From Squalus acanthias (Eukaryota): 64,000 bases of DNA. Numbering within the stretch: position 1 is the stretch's first letter; each line of letters starts with the position of its first letter. The notes beneath the pieces were generated by a model. That model was not told where the DNA came from. It was given only the letters and a program-made list of their open reading frames with translations, and did no database searches. Both the position numbers and the translations under genes were made by a program. Shown here one piece after another: positions 13,601 to 26,804 of this stretch. Location: the NCBI GenBank assembly GCA_030390025.1, contig CM059445.1:9672001-9736000 (forward strand), given 5' to 3'.

Positions 13601-15031
13601 TTGTCTTTTTCTGTAGGCCAGCCCCTCTTTGCACCCTTTCCCTTTCTCCTGGGTTTGTTGCTTGGTTTGCAGTTAATCTGTATGAATTACAGGCGAGTAT
13701 AATTGCACTGCATTACTTTGTCCTCCTAGTTTGCAGGATTTGTGCATTACGGAGTGTTCCAAGGAAATGTCGTTCTTTTTGCTGAGCATAACATGGGCAA
13801 TTTTCAATAGGGTATTAACAACCCGTTAGTGGTGAGATCATGTTCTAAATAAGTGCCAAGAAAAGGGATACTATATATTTTGCCTTGTGATCCAGGAGTC
13901 ACAAGCTTTAGCTTGATCTCCTAATCCAATCTAGAACTGGCTGGGCATTTCACTTCACTTTAGTAATTAGTCTCTGGATCCAGCCCCGCCGTTTATTTTA
14001 TAATGTAGATAAAACACTTCTATTTCCTTTTTTCATTTTGTTAGGAAATTACACGTATCTGTTTTTATGTTGACTTTGAAAATTCATTCTCCAGTTCCTG
14101 TATTTGCCAGAATTTAGTGCTGGCTGCAGCATTTTGCTCCACTGAGCTATGTAATAATGGTTGATATTTTAACTTGTTTTTCCTGTTTTTTTTTTCCCCT
14201 CCATATTTGTGTCGACCTATTTTGTAGAGGTGGCAGATTATTGCTGGGCTGTTGGCACACTTTAGACAACCAGTGGCTAACATGAGTGGCTAGTGTGTTG
14301 TACTGGTCACAGACGAGTATCCCTCTGATATGCTCTATTATTCCATGAAACTGGCAAAAAGCATTTTCATGGTATCTTTCAAAAGAAGTGAGTTTCTGTG
14401 GTGACAGAATGGTGTTCATCACAGTCATGAGTTGACAAGATCGAGTGTTCCAAGTAAGTATGTAGGAGTGTGACATGTATTGCACCATTCAAAGCTACTT
14501 TCATGGTCTGTTTATAATACATTTGATTAGTGTATTTCTAATGTGACCGGTATTGACTATGAAAAAGCGAATTCTAGCCTGTGTTGTACTGCCAGTCCAA
14601 AAGGTTAGTGGTTTAGATTTGAGATCTCCACTTTTGTGAAGTGTCCAAATGTGATCAATGCTGTATAATCTGACCCTTGTACAGCATTGTCAATATTTCA
14701 AGCAGTGGTCTTGATGCTGCCTTTGTCTTGGGGCAGCTAACATTGGGCTTAACTTCAGCTTGGATAGGGAATGTTTTGTCGGGGATAAAGCCATCCCAAG
14801 GGCAAAAGCCCAAAGTTACGAATTCATTGAATGGGAAATGGAAACTGCACCTATTTCGACTTGTTATTCTTGGAGGTTACAGCATTAAATACTGGAGTGT
14901 TTGGAGACGGCTTACACACATCGTACAAGCAAGATGGGAGACCTATTCGACACAAGTGATTTTTTTTTAATGCTTTCAAACTGCATTGGTGCCTGAAGCG
15001 TGGGAATTGAGTTGTCTTTGATCTTTAACAG

Positions 15032-15143
15032 ATGAAGAAAAAGGATGCAGGCTTTGGTAGGAAGAGGAAGCAGTCCACGGCTAGTACCGACGAACCAGAG
15101 AACAAACAGGCAAAAACTGAAGATCCGAATGCATCCGATGCAG
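15032..15143 (+). CDS. akap8l: AKAP8/AKAP8L-family exon (basic NLS-like segment)
   Basis: tttaacag|ATG AAG...GAT GCA G|gtatgc; MKKKDAGFGRKRKQSTASTDEPENKQAKTE matches the RKRKQ...EPD.K motif. Confidence 0.9.
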
Positions 15144-15840
15144 GTATGCTTGCTCCCACCCCAGCCAATTTCTTGTACTCTTTTCTGTCCCTCCTAATCT
15201 TCTCCTAAAAGTGTTCACTTCTACCTGGGATATGGTGGGCAGGCGATTTGAATGCATGTGGCACCAGAGCTGAGTCCAATCCCCTTTCTCCTTTTCTCTC
15301 TTTTCCCCCCCCCCCCCCCCCCCCATGTTGTCTACACATAAGCACTTCCAGCAAGGTTTACGAGTTGGTAATCAGGATCGGGAGTCTTGGCTACTCTCCC
15401 TCCTTTGTCTTCACTTCCCCTGTACCTTCCCTCCGCTCCGCTCCGCCCCGCCCCCCCCCCCCACTTCCAAACTTGGAGGGGGGAATATTTGTAAAATGAT
15501 GCATTGTTTCTGCCCTGGAACTTGTCCCTCTGGCACATTGAAGTACAGATGATGTGTTGTCGGTCCTCCTGGTATGTGAACATCTTGGGGTCTCTTGCAT
15601 TTTAAAATTGTTGGTTTTTATTAAGAAATTATCCTCTGATTTTCTCTCTAAGGCCTATAAGGACTCTCTAATAACTATACTCCAGGAGATGATTGTTCGT
15701 GTCTGAGTTTTGGCAGGATATTAAATATGCATTAATACTGGCATGTAAATGTGGATCGGAAAAGTTGGCATTAAACCTCTGGTTTTTGTTTGGCTAGATG
15801 ATATGTAGTTGCTAGTTGGGAATAAAGATTGGGTCCAAGT

Positions 15841-16110
15841 TTTTCGGATGAGATGTTAAACCAAGGCCCGTCTGCGCGCTCAGGTGGACGTAAAAGGTCC
15901 CATGGCACTATATTTATCCCTCAACATCACTAAAACAGATTATCTGGTCATTATCACATTGCTGTTCGTGGGAGCTTGCAATGTGCAAATTGGCGTCCGC
16001 TTTTCCCACATAAGCGACTACGCTTCAAAAAAAAAAGTACTTCATTGGCTATAAAGCACTTTGGCACATCTGGTGGTTGTGAAAGGCGCTATATAAATGC
16101 CAGTCCTTTT
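15841..16110 (+). mobile_element. DeuSINE-superfamily SINE fragment (SacSINE1/AmnSINE1-like)
   Basis: tttcggatgagatgttaaacc...caggtggacgtaaaa..tcccatggcacta...ttatctggtcattatcacattgctg...gtgaaaggcgctatataaatgc resembles the recalled Deu-domain consensus with an L2-type tail. Confidence 0.7.
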
Positions 16111-16780
16111 TTTCCCCCCCTCTTTTTCAAGTCAACAGTGTGGGCTGGAAATGACACATATTGTCGTCCGGGTTCAACCATGGTCTGTATCTAGTTAGCT
16201 GATCTGACCAGAGCAGCACCAATATAGGGCACATCAGCTGTATCACCCCAGTCAGAGAAGGGGAAAAATGGTCAGGTTTCCTCCTGATTGTTATACAGTG
16301 ACCTCTGCTGGAAATTCATGTGAATTAGCCTCAGCTGGGAGGTCCTGCACAGTCTCCTAGTCTGTCAAGAATGGGTTTCTTTACCACTGAACTATTTTGG
16401 AGAGCTTTGGAAATGGTTTCTGCTCAACATGCCAAGCAGTATGCAACATTCTGTGTGAAGTCATGTGCTGGAGCCCACACCTGTCATTCTGTTGCTCACT
16501 GACCAGCTCTGCCATAAACGGTCTATATTTTTAGTTTCCACCATTTTGAACTTGCATTCTTTTGCCTTTTATTTTGAAAACATCTACAGTCTTGTTACTA
16601 ATAGTTACAGGTATCTGTATGAGAAGTTACCCCATTTTCAATTGTTTGGACCTCCTTAATCATGTGCATCAGTGCTAGTTTAAGTTTAGGTAACTGACCC
16701 ATGAAATGCATCATCCAATAGCATTACCTGTTTGTGTACTTCTGTCTGTGTTCTTAAAATATTTTTTTCTTTAATTTCAG

Positions 16781-16818
16781 CTGAAGATGATGGTGGTGGT
16801 GAATCTGGTGATGGCGCT
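16781..16818 (+). CDS. akap8l: AKAP8/AKAP8L-family small acidic exon
   Basis: taatttcag|CT GAA GAT GAT...GGC GCT|gtaagt; 38 nt, phase 1-0 fits the neighbouring exons. Confidence 0.8.
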
Positions 16819-17644
16819 GTAAGTAATATTTACGTGCTGCTATGATTGAGTATTTCCTACTAGTAAAAGCAGAGCTTGCCTGCAGTTGTTTGAGAGAGTG
16901 GGTAATGCATCTTTAAGCTAGTGTTTTGCGAGAATGTAGCTGGCCTATACTCTGTTTGGTATGGAGGAGATTGGCCTCTACAGCTATTCTTCCATTTTGT
17001 ATAGGATTGATTCTGCCATCCTGTGGTGGGGCGGGAGAAACGAAAGGCAGATAATAATGTACCATGTCCCTGTTAAGTGACCAATGTATTCAACATGTGG
17101 TCTAATATGCCAAATAGCAGGTGTAATGAATGGCTTGGTGATTTTTACCTTTAGGTGGACGGTCAAAGTCTTGACGATGAGCACTTTTTTATATTGTTAC
17201 TGTCAGTCCCTGATGTGGGTATTTGATTCCATCAACAGTGTTCTCCAATGTAATGTACCTTGTTCCATTATCAGTCAAGACTCTGCTTTTTGTAGTTCTC
17301 AGAATCTACCTTTTCTATGGACCCTGCAGAAAATCGCTGGCAGACTTCAAATGTAAAAATAGGAGTGATGAGAGGTAGTCTTGGTGTCACTCCCAGTATC
17401 TGGACAACACCGTGTGGGGAAAGTTCTGAGAGATCTGAGGTTCTTCAGAATTTAGCAAGTCTTTAAACACTAGGAGATGTTAATTATTGCTGGCATGTAG
17501 ATATGGATGAGAAAAGTTAGCCATATTATGTATCCATTACTAGTCAATTTTTCCTCCTTTGCAAACATCTAACTGCAGAAGTCTAATTGTTAATATCTCA
17601 AATGTACTTGCTTTTATAGTTGCAAAGAAAATTTGTTACCGAAA

Positions 17645-17842
17645 CAGAATTCTCTGCCCCAGAGGGCTGTGAATGCTGAGTCGTTGAGTATATTCAAGGC
17701 TGAGATAGATAGATTTTTGGACTCTCGGGAAATCAAGGGATATGGAGATCGGGCGGGAAAGTGGAGTTGAGGTCGATGATCAGCCATGATCTTACTGAAT
17801 GGCGGAGCAGGCATGAGGGGCCGTATGGCCTACTCCTGCTCT
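17645..17842 (+). mobile_element. CR1 3' tail
   Basis: Near-copy of the CR1 tail at 22050-22250 (tcagccatgatc...gaatggcggagcagg...cctactcctgct). Confidence 0.8.
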
Positions 17843-18158
17843 TACTACTTATGTTCTTATGAAACAGTTCACATGAGTAAAGCACCAGATGCTGGTCAGT
17901 GGGATTAGATGCCTTTTGTGTAATTGCCCTCTAATGGACTATTACTGGTAGGGAGTGTCTATATTGAGATGCATCAGGCCTCTCCACTATATAGGATAGG
18001 CTCGGTGGATCCGTTAGTCTTTACCTAACCGTTATTTTATAAGCTTGTATGGTGTTTCCAGTAGTGTAGTGCTCCTTAGAGCATGATTACTCTGCTGCCC
18101 TGATGGGAGAAGGGTGGGGGCTCCAGTTTGAAGAATAATGCTCATTTATTTTTTTCAG

Positions 18159-18201
18159 ACTGGCGAGGGCAAAGAGCCTGGGGACAAGAAACCGAAGCGC
18201 T
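18159..18201 (+). CDS. akap8l: AKAP8/AKAP8L-family small exon
   Basis: tttttcag|ACT GGC GAG...AAG CGC T|gtaaga; TGEGKEPGDKKPKR; phase 0-1. Confidence 0.8.
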
Positions 18202-19239
18202 GTAAGATCAGGTTTCATTTAGTAAAATTCCCCCCTCCTACCACCCCCCTCTTCTCCTCCTCTCCCCCCCCCCCCCCCCCCCCCCAAACACAATAGCACA
18301 TCTCTTCTATTGGGCCTTTTCTGTTGATCTGTCTTTTCTTTCAACCCTCCCCAGGGCAGAGTGGCATGCGAGTGTCTTGGGTTGGTTGTTTTTTGTTGGC
18401 TGGCATTCTCACAGCCAACTTTCCTCCACTTGAGACTTTGTCAAACAAGTTAATTAAGATTCAGAACTTGTGACACTTGACCAGCCTACCATATTCTGTG
18501 ATTTTTTTATTTCGTCGTCGTCTTCGGCAGTCCCTCGGAACCGAGGATGACTTGACTTATTCTGTAAATGTTAGTTAGCTCCTGGCAATTTTTGCAACTT
18601 TATTTTTAACCTTTGCTTTGGAACTAAAGATGAAGTTTTGTACAAATTGCTCTTGTTCTAGTTTATGTTCTGAATTCACACAATTGTTTTATTGAAGAAC
18701 TGTTTGTTTAATATTGCTGTATAACATAACTGGGTCAAAATGTGATACAAATAGAATGTCACTATTTACAATGTTACGGTCACTGGAATGGTTTTAATAA
18801 GAGCATGTGTGAGTAATGATGTGTGGCAGAGAGTTACAAGCTGGTAATACATTGGAATAGTTTGATCTCCCAAATGGCATAAAGCAGAGCTCAAGCATCA
18901 GCAAATTGCTTTTATAAAGTGCCTTTAAGGTAGAAAAATGCCCCACAGTGCTTCAGATGCGTAACAAAAAATGAATGTCGAGCCAACAAAGGAGTGAGGG
19001 GTGACCCAAATCTTAGTCAGAGTGAGTCTTGAGGTGGAGGATTTGGGAAAGGAATTTTTAAAGCCTGGGGCCTAAAATGACTGAAGGCACGGCTCCCAAT
19101 GGTAGGACAAAGTGGGGGAGGAGGACAGATGCACAAACAGCTTTTATTAACATCAGCTGAACCTCAAGATTAAGCAAACTGCGTACTTTTTTGTTTTATA
19201 ATAACAGAGTGTGGACCTCTAAGGTAGCAGGGGTGGAAC

Positions 19240-22200
19240 AAAAATACATTTCATTGAGAAACAAAAACTCCACGGGAAAAGTGATCCAATCGTGGCTAAC
19301 TAAAGAAGTTAAGGTTAGCATTAGATTGAAAGAAGAAGCTTATAATATTGCAAAGCATAATAGTAAGCCTGAGGATTGGGAGAGTTTCAGAAACCAGCAA
19401 AGGTTGACCAAAAAATTGATAAGGGAAAAATAGAATGAGAGAAAACTAGCAAGAAATATAAAAGCAGATTGTAAGAGTTTCTACAAGTATGTAAAAAGGA
19501 AAAGAGTAGCAAAAGTAAACGTTGGTCCCTTAGAGGCGGAGACAGGTGAAATTATGGGGAATAAGGAAATGGCAGAAACGTTACACAACAAATATTTTGT
19601 ATCTGTCTTCACAGTAGAAGACACAAAAAGCATACCAAAAATGGTGGGGACCCAAGGGTTTAATGAGGGTGAGGAACTTAACGTAATTAATATAAGTAGA
19701 GGAAAAAGTACTAGAGAAACTAATGGGACGAAAAGCCGACCACTCTCCTGGACCTGACGGCCTACATCCTAGGGTTCTAAAAGAGGTGGCTGAAGAGATA
19801 GTGGATGCATTGGTTTTGATCTTCCAAAATTCCCTAGATTCTGGAATGGTCCCAGCGGATTGGAAGGTCGCAAATGTAACACCGCTATTGAAGAAAGGAG
19901 GGAGAGAAAAAACCGGAAACTACAGGCCAGTTAGCCTGACATCAGTCGTTGGGGAAAATGCTGGAATCCATTGTTAAGGAAGTGGTATCAAGTCACTTAG
20001 AAAATCATAACCTGATTAGGCAGAGTCAACATGGTTTTATGAAAGGGAAATAGTGTTTGACAAGGATGTAACTAGCAGGGTAGATAAAGGGGAACCAGTG
20101 GTTGTAGTATATTTGGATTTCCAAAAGGCATTTGATAAGGTGCCACATAAAAGGTTACTACACAAGATTAGGGCTCATGGGGTTGGGGATAATATAGTAG
20201 CATGGATAGAGGATTAGTTAAGGGACAATATACATTAATGATCTAGATAAGGGAATTAAATGTAATATCTCCCAAGTTTGCAGATGACACAAAGCTGGGT
20301 GGGAGTGTGTGCAGCGAGGAGGATAGCGAGAAACTCCAGGATGATCTGGACAGGTTGGGTGAGTGGGCAGAAGCGTGGCAGATGCAATATAACGTGGATA
20401 AGTGCGAGGTTATCCACTTTGGTGTCAAAAACAGAAAGGCAGACTATTATCTGAATGGCAATAGATTGGGAGAAGGGGAAGTGCAACGAGACCTGGGTGT
20501 CCTTGTGCACCAGTCGCTGAAAGTAAGCATGCAGGTGCAGCAGGCGGTGAAGAAGGCAAATGGTATGTTGGCCTTCATAGCGAAAGGGTTTGAGTATAGG
20601 AACAGGGATGTCCTGCTGCAGTTGTACAGGGCCTTGGTGAGACCACACCTTGAGTACTGTGTGCAGTTTTGGTCGCCTTATCTGAGGAAGGATGTTCTTG
20701 CCATGGAAGGAGTTCAGCGAAGATTCACAAGGCTGATACCTGGGATGGCAGGAATGACATATGAGGAGAGATTGGGTCGATTGGGCTTGTACTCACTGGA
20801 GTATAGAAGAATGAGAGGGGATCTCATCGAAACATATAAAATTCTGACAGGTCTGGACAAACTAGATGCAGGAAGAATGTTCCCGATGGTCGGAGAGTCC
20901 AGAACCAGGGGTCATAATCTACGGATAACAGGTAAACCATTTAGGACAGAAATGAGGAAGAATTTCTTCACCCAGAGAGTGGTGAACCTGTGGAATTCTC
21001 TACCACAGAAGGTAGTTGAGGCGAAGTCATTAAATAAATATATTCAAGGATGAGTTAGATATATTTCTTAAAGCTAAAGGTATCAAGGGATATGGGGAGC
21101 AGGCAGGTACAGGGTACTGAGTTTAGATGATCAGCCATGATCTCAACGAATGGCGGAGCAGGCTTGAGGGGCCGAATGGCCTACTCCTGCTCCTATCTTC
21201 TATGTTTCTATGACAGAAAACAGAGTAGGGATAAACTGATCTTTTTCAGGTTGGCAGCCTGTAACTAGTGGGGTGCAGCAAGGATCGGTGTTGGAGCCTC
21301 AGCTATTTACAAACTATATTAATGACCTAGATGAAGGGACCGAGTGTAATGTATCCAAGTTTGCTGATGATACAAAGCTAGGTGGGACAGTAAGCTGTGA
21401 GGATAACAGAGTCTGCAAAGGGATATAGATAGACTAAGTGAGTGGGCAGTCAGGTGGCAGATGGAAAATGTAGGGAAATGTGTGGTTATTCACTTTAGTA
21501 GGAAGAATAGAAAAACAGAATATTTTTTAAATGGTGAGAAACTTTCAAATGTTGGTGTTCAGAGAGATTTGGGTGTCCTCATGCAAGAAACACAGAAAGC
21601 TAGCATGCAGGTACAGCAAGCAATAAGGAAGGCAAATGGCATGTTGGCCTTTATTGCAAGGGGGTTGGCGTATAAGAGTAAGGAAGTCTTGCTACAATTG
21701 TACAGGGCCTTGGTGAGACCACACCTGGAGTACTGTGCACAGTTCTGGTCTCTTTATCTAAGGAAGGATATACTTGCCTTGGAGACGGTGCAACAAAGGT
21801 TCACTAGATTGATTCCTATGATGAGAGATTGTGTAGAATGGGCCTATACTCTCTGGAGTTTAGAAGAATGAGAGGTGATCTCATTGAAACATACAAGGTT
21901 CTGAGGGGGCTTGACAGGGTAGATGCTGAGAGGTTGTTTCCCCTGGCTGGAGTGTCTAAAACTAGGGGGCATAGTCTCAGGATAAGAGGTAGGCCATTTA
22001 AGACCGAGATTAGGAGGAATTTCTTCACTCGAGAGGGTTGTGAATCTTTGGAATTCTCTGCAGCAGAGGGCTGTGAATGCTGAGTCTTTGAGTAGATTCA
22101 AGGCTGAGATCGATAGATTTTTGGACTCTTGGGGAATCAAGGGATATGGAGATCGGGCGGGAAAGTGGTCGATGATCAGCCATGATCTTATTGAATAGCG

Positions 22201-22250
22201 GAGCTGGCTCGAGGGGCTGTATGGCCTACTCCTGCTTTCTTATGTTATGA
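19240..22250 (+). mobile_element. CR1 LINE remnant (host), interrupted at 20228-21211
   Basis: RT fragments SPGPDGLHPRVLKE, NYRPVSLTSVVG, DFQKAFDKVPH, FADDTKL; typical CR1 3' tail. Confidence 0.88.
20228..21211 (+). mobile_element. Younger 5'-truncated CR1 nested in the host CR1
   Basis: Uninterrupted 248-aa RT C-terminal ORF; tail ctatgtttctat; 'gaca' at 20224-20227 and 21212-21215; host continues at 21212. Confidence 0.9.
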
Positions 22251-22659
22251 AACATTGATCTGGATTTCTGATTTTAGTCATTGTCCACCGACACTTGCTG
22301 GAGTGAATGTGTTGTGTAATGATCGCTCAGTGGTTGGATAGTTTATTTAGGTTTGTGTGAGAAATGGCCGCTTGGGTGAGATCCTTGAAGGATGCTGTAC
22401 TTGAGCTGGAGTTGGTGCCTTCAGGAGCAGAAAGAATTGACGGGGGAGGAGGGTAACTATGTAATTTAAATAGGGTGATACTTTAGATAATTAGGTAGTA
22501 GATGTTAATAATGTGGGACCTGAAGGTATTTTGGCCTCGTGAACAGTAACATATACTGATTGTGGGAAGGATTAGTCTTAAAGGTAAATACGGAGGAATT
22601 GGATAATTACTACCTAGTGTGTTTGTGTGTGCTGAAATATTGTGCTTTGTTTTAATTAG

Positions 22660-22726
22660 TTCCTACGATGCAAGAGAAGAAGAAGGCGAACAAACCAAAG
22701 AAAAACCGGGACCGTCTTGCAGAAAG
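22660..22726 (+). CDS. akap8l: AKAP8/AKAP8L-family exon preceding zinc finger 1
   Basis: taattag|TT CCT ACG...GAA AG|gtctgt; ...[10 protein letters not shown] matches the RDR(M/A)..R segment before ZF1. Confidence 0.85.
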
Positions 22727-22818
22727 GTCTGTAGTAATGGCAGCGTGAATAGATTTTTCTACTGTTACATTGTTCAACCTGTGCAGTTTCTCTATGTACC
22801 GTGTTCTTTGTGTTGCAG

Positions 22819-22960
22819 GATAATGTATGCCTGCTCCGTTTGTAAGTTCCGAACATTCGAAGATGAGGATATTTCTTCCCATGTGGACAGTCGGTTCCAC
22901 ACAGAAACTTTCAAGTTCATTGCGACCAAACTTGACAAGCAGACTGCTGACTTTTTGCAT
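22819..22960 (+). CDS. akap8l: AKAP95-type C2H2 zinc finger 1 exon
   Basis: gttgcag|G ATA ATG...TTG CAT|gtatgt; [23 protein letters not shown]...KQTADFL. Confidence 0.95.
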
Positions 22961-23211
22961 GTATGTATCTGTGGTTCTTTCATCTTTGGCTTGTTTAAAT
23001 ATGGCTACTTTCACCAATGTATTTTTTCCAAATCCCATTCTTAATTACATTTGTGTATGGATTGGCAATGCATCAGTGCTAATTGAGTATTGGAGACAAT
23101 ACGTATGTCTAAAATAACCATGCAATTGCTCTTTTCTTTAAACCAAGGCTATTGATGGAATAAAAAACACTGTCCCATATGAAATGTGCTTAATGTTTGA
23201 ATCTCTTTCAG

Positions 23212-23317
23212 GAATATATCTTAAACAAGATCCAGAAAACTCAGAAGCGTAGGGAGCAAATTGGAGATAAAACGATTCTGAAAAAGCAGCTGATGCAGCA
23301 GCAAGACTTGCTGCAAG
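23212..23317 (+). CDS. akap8l: AKAP8/AKAP8L-family inter-finger exon
   Basis: ctttcag|GAA TAT ATC...CAA G|gtatgt; EYILNKIQKTQKRREQ...QDLLQ. Confidence 0.92.
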
Positions 23318-24695
23318 GTATGTTGGACCTGGTTTAAATCATCCACTTTATAAATGATGCAGACTTGTTCCTGCAAATGGCCTGCTCAATTCGAATCTTA
23401 GCTGAGATTTGGCTTTTCAAGATTAATGAAAATTTCCCAGCATCACATGATGCTACTTTCATACAGCAAAGCAGTGTTACTTAAACTTGCTGCTTCTTGG
23501 CCTCTGGGTCTCCTTTCACAGAATGGCTGTAATATCTTGTACAATTGCTGCTGTTTTCTGGTGAGGGAAGGGAATACTATTGAGAGGCAGGGCGATCCCA
23601 GTACCCATACAAAGCTCTACAAAAAAATTGCTCCAATATTTTTAACTCCCTCTTTCCCCCCCCCCCCCCCCCCCCCAAACTTCCTCTGGAGAGGTGCTTG
23701 ACCATCGCTTAGCAGCTGTCTATCGGGACATGGCCAAAATCTGCAGCTCCGTGAGGAATAGCGGGTGCAGATTCATACCCCACCAAAACCACTGCTTGGG
23801 ATTGTATCCTTGGGAAATGTTAGAATTGATGGTGGTGGTCGGGAAACAGTGGGCAGTAGATCTGAAGTGCATATGTGTTAATGGCACCGATTATGGCATA
23901 GAAATTATGGTTGGATTACAAACTGCAGTTCGAAGGAGTTTTAAAATTCTTGGATGGAACTTTCACGGCATTAGAACAGGGTTTGAATCAGAATGAACTG
24001 CGATGAGGACCGAGTTCCAGTTTACTCTGCTTGCACATAAATGGGTCTTGACCGTTTTCAGATCAGACTGGAAATACAACTTGAAATCGCAGATAATTAT
24101 TTTTCAAACCATGTATGTAGGGTGGAGTCGTGCAGCAGTGAGGTGTAGATCTATTGTGTACACATTCCTTGTATTCTAATTCTGCAGTTTGGAGTTCATG
24201 GGGGAAAAATGGGGTAATAGAGTAGCTTTTAAGATGGTCAGGATTGGATATCCAACCTATGCAATGGCTTGTATACCATATTGGATAATACTTATTATTG
24301 GTCACCACCTAACACAGGAATCTGGTTAAACTGACTCGGCCAGAGACCTGAATGATCACTAATGGCAGCTCACCTCTCCGTCCAGTGTTGCTGGTGTCCC
24401 CACGATGCTGAAGTCTGTTGTTCTCAGCCGCGTTGCATAACATTTTAGCAAATAACCAATAGGCAGTAATCAAACCCGTGCACCTTCTGATTTTCGCCAT
24501 GCCATTTTACCAACAAATAACACAAAAAGGTTAAAGTTCACATGGATACGCTGTGCGGCTGAGTATTGAGATCACATGCCCAACAACGGTTTCTGTTACT
24601 AATTTTTTAAACATTTACTAATCAAATGTAATTTTCTGCGTGTAGATTCCCAATTGGCTGTATGCAGCTCGTGGCTAATGTGTTCGACAACACGG

Positions 24696-24828
24696 CAACG
24701 TTCCCTCTCTGCTGGTCCTACATAGCCTGGGGCCGGCTTTTTCAATGTTACATTTTGCGTAGGCTTGAAACTGAATGGGCCGCCCCTTAAAGGGGTCGTG
24801 CACCGAAAAAAACTTAGGGGGAACATTG
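24696..24828. mobile_element. hAT-type MITE, copy 1
   Basis: TIR caacgttccc / gggaacattg; imperfect 8-bp TSD caacacgg / caacacta; internal ccccttaaagggg shared with the 41881 copy. Confidence 0.7.
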
Positions 24829-25282
24829 CAACACTATTTCAGGCAATCCCTGTTGTTTATTGCTGAGCAGTGCTGGTCAACACTGTCACTTTAAACAACC
24901 GATTCATCTGCTCCCCTTCGATGTTGCTTTCATTGCTGTTTTGCATTCATTACATCCTGAGTAATCTGAGTGCAGTGCTGCTGTGCATTAACTTATACCA
25001 TAAACTGGTGAACAACCAGCTCACTGGCAATGTCAGAAACTAGAAAACATCAAGGTGGAAAAAATAGTGAGGATACCAACACAACTTAACAGGACCACCA
25101 GTGTAACATTCACAATTGGTGTACATAGGTTTTATTAATTGTAATTAGAATGCCATGATTGCTACAAATCGATCTCACTGTAGTGATTCTGTTCTTTGTC
25201 CCCTGGCCCCCAACAAAATTCCATTTGAATTTGTTCAGCTGTCATTTTTGCTGCATCTGATTCTTTGTAATTGTGTTTGTAG

Positions 25283-25413
25283 ATGTTGGTCTGGAGCATT
25301 TCATGAAGAAGGTGGAGGCAGCACACTGTGTGGCCTGTGATCTGTTTGTACCTTTGCAGAATGCCCTCCTTATGCGACATCTGAAGACGCCTGATCATGG
25401 CAGGAACCGCAAA
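25283..25413 (+). CDS. akap8l: AKAP95-type C2H2 zinc finger 2 exon
   Basis: tttgtag|AT GTT GGT...CGC AAA|gtaagt; EHFMKKVEAAHCVACDLFVP...HLKTPDHGRNRK. Confidence 0.95.
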
Positions 25414-26804
25414 GTAAGTGCTGTGTAGTACGAGAAGCTGTGTAGACTTGCAGATCTGAAGTATAAGCAGTAGTTTATCCAGGTGGCTAACTTACTATTA
25501 TAAACTGCTTAAAAAAAAAACTATCAAATGCTTTCTCTTCGCCCCTCCACCTTTCGTCATGGCTTCCTCACTTAGTAAAGTCAGCAATTAGCTGGTCTGT
25601 ATGGACCAGAGATCCCAGGTTCAATTCCTGGTCTGTGGTGAGTTAGCCAGTTCCAGCTTCAGTGGCAGCAAGGGCACCGATATCAGCCAGTCCAGGGTCC
25701 TCTTTTCTGATGGCTGTCCATTTACCGCCTTCTGTAAAATCATGTAGATCTGTGGAAAAGGTTTTGAGCTTGGTTATGATACTGACGGTCAAATAACCCT
25801 GACAACGGTCACTGCTTAGTACTGGAGAGCATGCGATGGCTGTCGACCTGTAACCCAGTATAAAAGTTGACGTTTTCGAGGATCATTTGGGGCCGAACAG
25901 CCTGTTACTGTGCTGTACGTGCTATGTAGAGGAGAGAAAAACCCCATGGAATACAAATGTGGCACCTCTTCATTCCACCTCCTTGGGCTCAGTGATTAGA
26001 AGCACAGATTAGTGAGACCTGTTAGAAAGAGAATGAATATGGAAAGCAAGACTGGATCAATTTTAGTTGTGACGTCCCCCTTGGGGGAAAATAGAGGCTG
26101 ACCTGTACCGTCTAAACAAAGAATGGCTGCTTAAGACGCATTACAAAAGAGTTCCTGTCCATGTCCTTTCAGTAAAGTGCTGTAAATCAGGGGTTAGCAT
26201 TGTGCGAGAGAGAGAGAGTCACTTTTCGGAGTTGTTTCGAATTAGATCTTTGGTTCTTGGGGTTTGACTTCAATTCTGCTTAATGTTACATATCTGAGGG
26301 ATTTGTCCAGCTCAGAATATAATCACAGTGCTACTACTGTAGAACTGAGGTGCATGGGAAAAACAAATTAGCTTTTGATGCATCTTGCTCCTTGTGAAGT
26401 TTAACTTCCTATTGCTGTTTGATGATGTGCTCAAATACTGTACATGAAACTACTGCTTTGCTGCAAGTACAATTTTTCATGTAGGCTGCATTTAAAGGCT
26501 TCCCTCTGGCTGCACACCATCGCATCAACAAGCCTCTTTCCCTTATGCAGGACAACATTATAAACCCATGTTTTCATGGCTTTAGGATTCTACTGTCCAG
26601 AGAAAATCGTCCCAGTTTCATTTCTGTAAACTTGGGGAGCTGGTACCTTGAGTTTGGTTTCTGCAGGTTTCTGAAAGTGGGCCCCAGTACATGAAAGAGA
26701 GCACTCCAGAGTCCCAAATATAAAAGCAGAAGAATGGCACATGGATGTTGCTCTCCTAAACTGCACTAAGTGCTTCAAAGTCGGGGTGTTTTAAAAAAAA
26801 AATC

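Noticed and set aside
14045-14054. 10-nt micro-exon after a strong acceptor
   Set aside because: Donor (cac|gtatct) is weak and inclusion would shift the frame; at most an alternative acceptor for the candidate poison exon
17365-17438. Box C/D snoRNA (GTGATGA...CTGA, 74 nt)
   Set aside because: No convincing terminal stem, internal C'/D' boxes or rRNA complementarity
22619-23044. 141-aa ORF as a single exon
   Set aside because: It runs through introns; the real structure is exons 22660-22726 (different frame) and 22819-22960 separated by a 92-nt GT-AG intron
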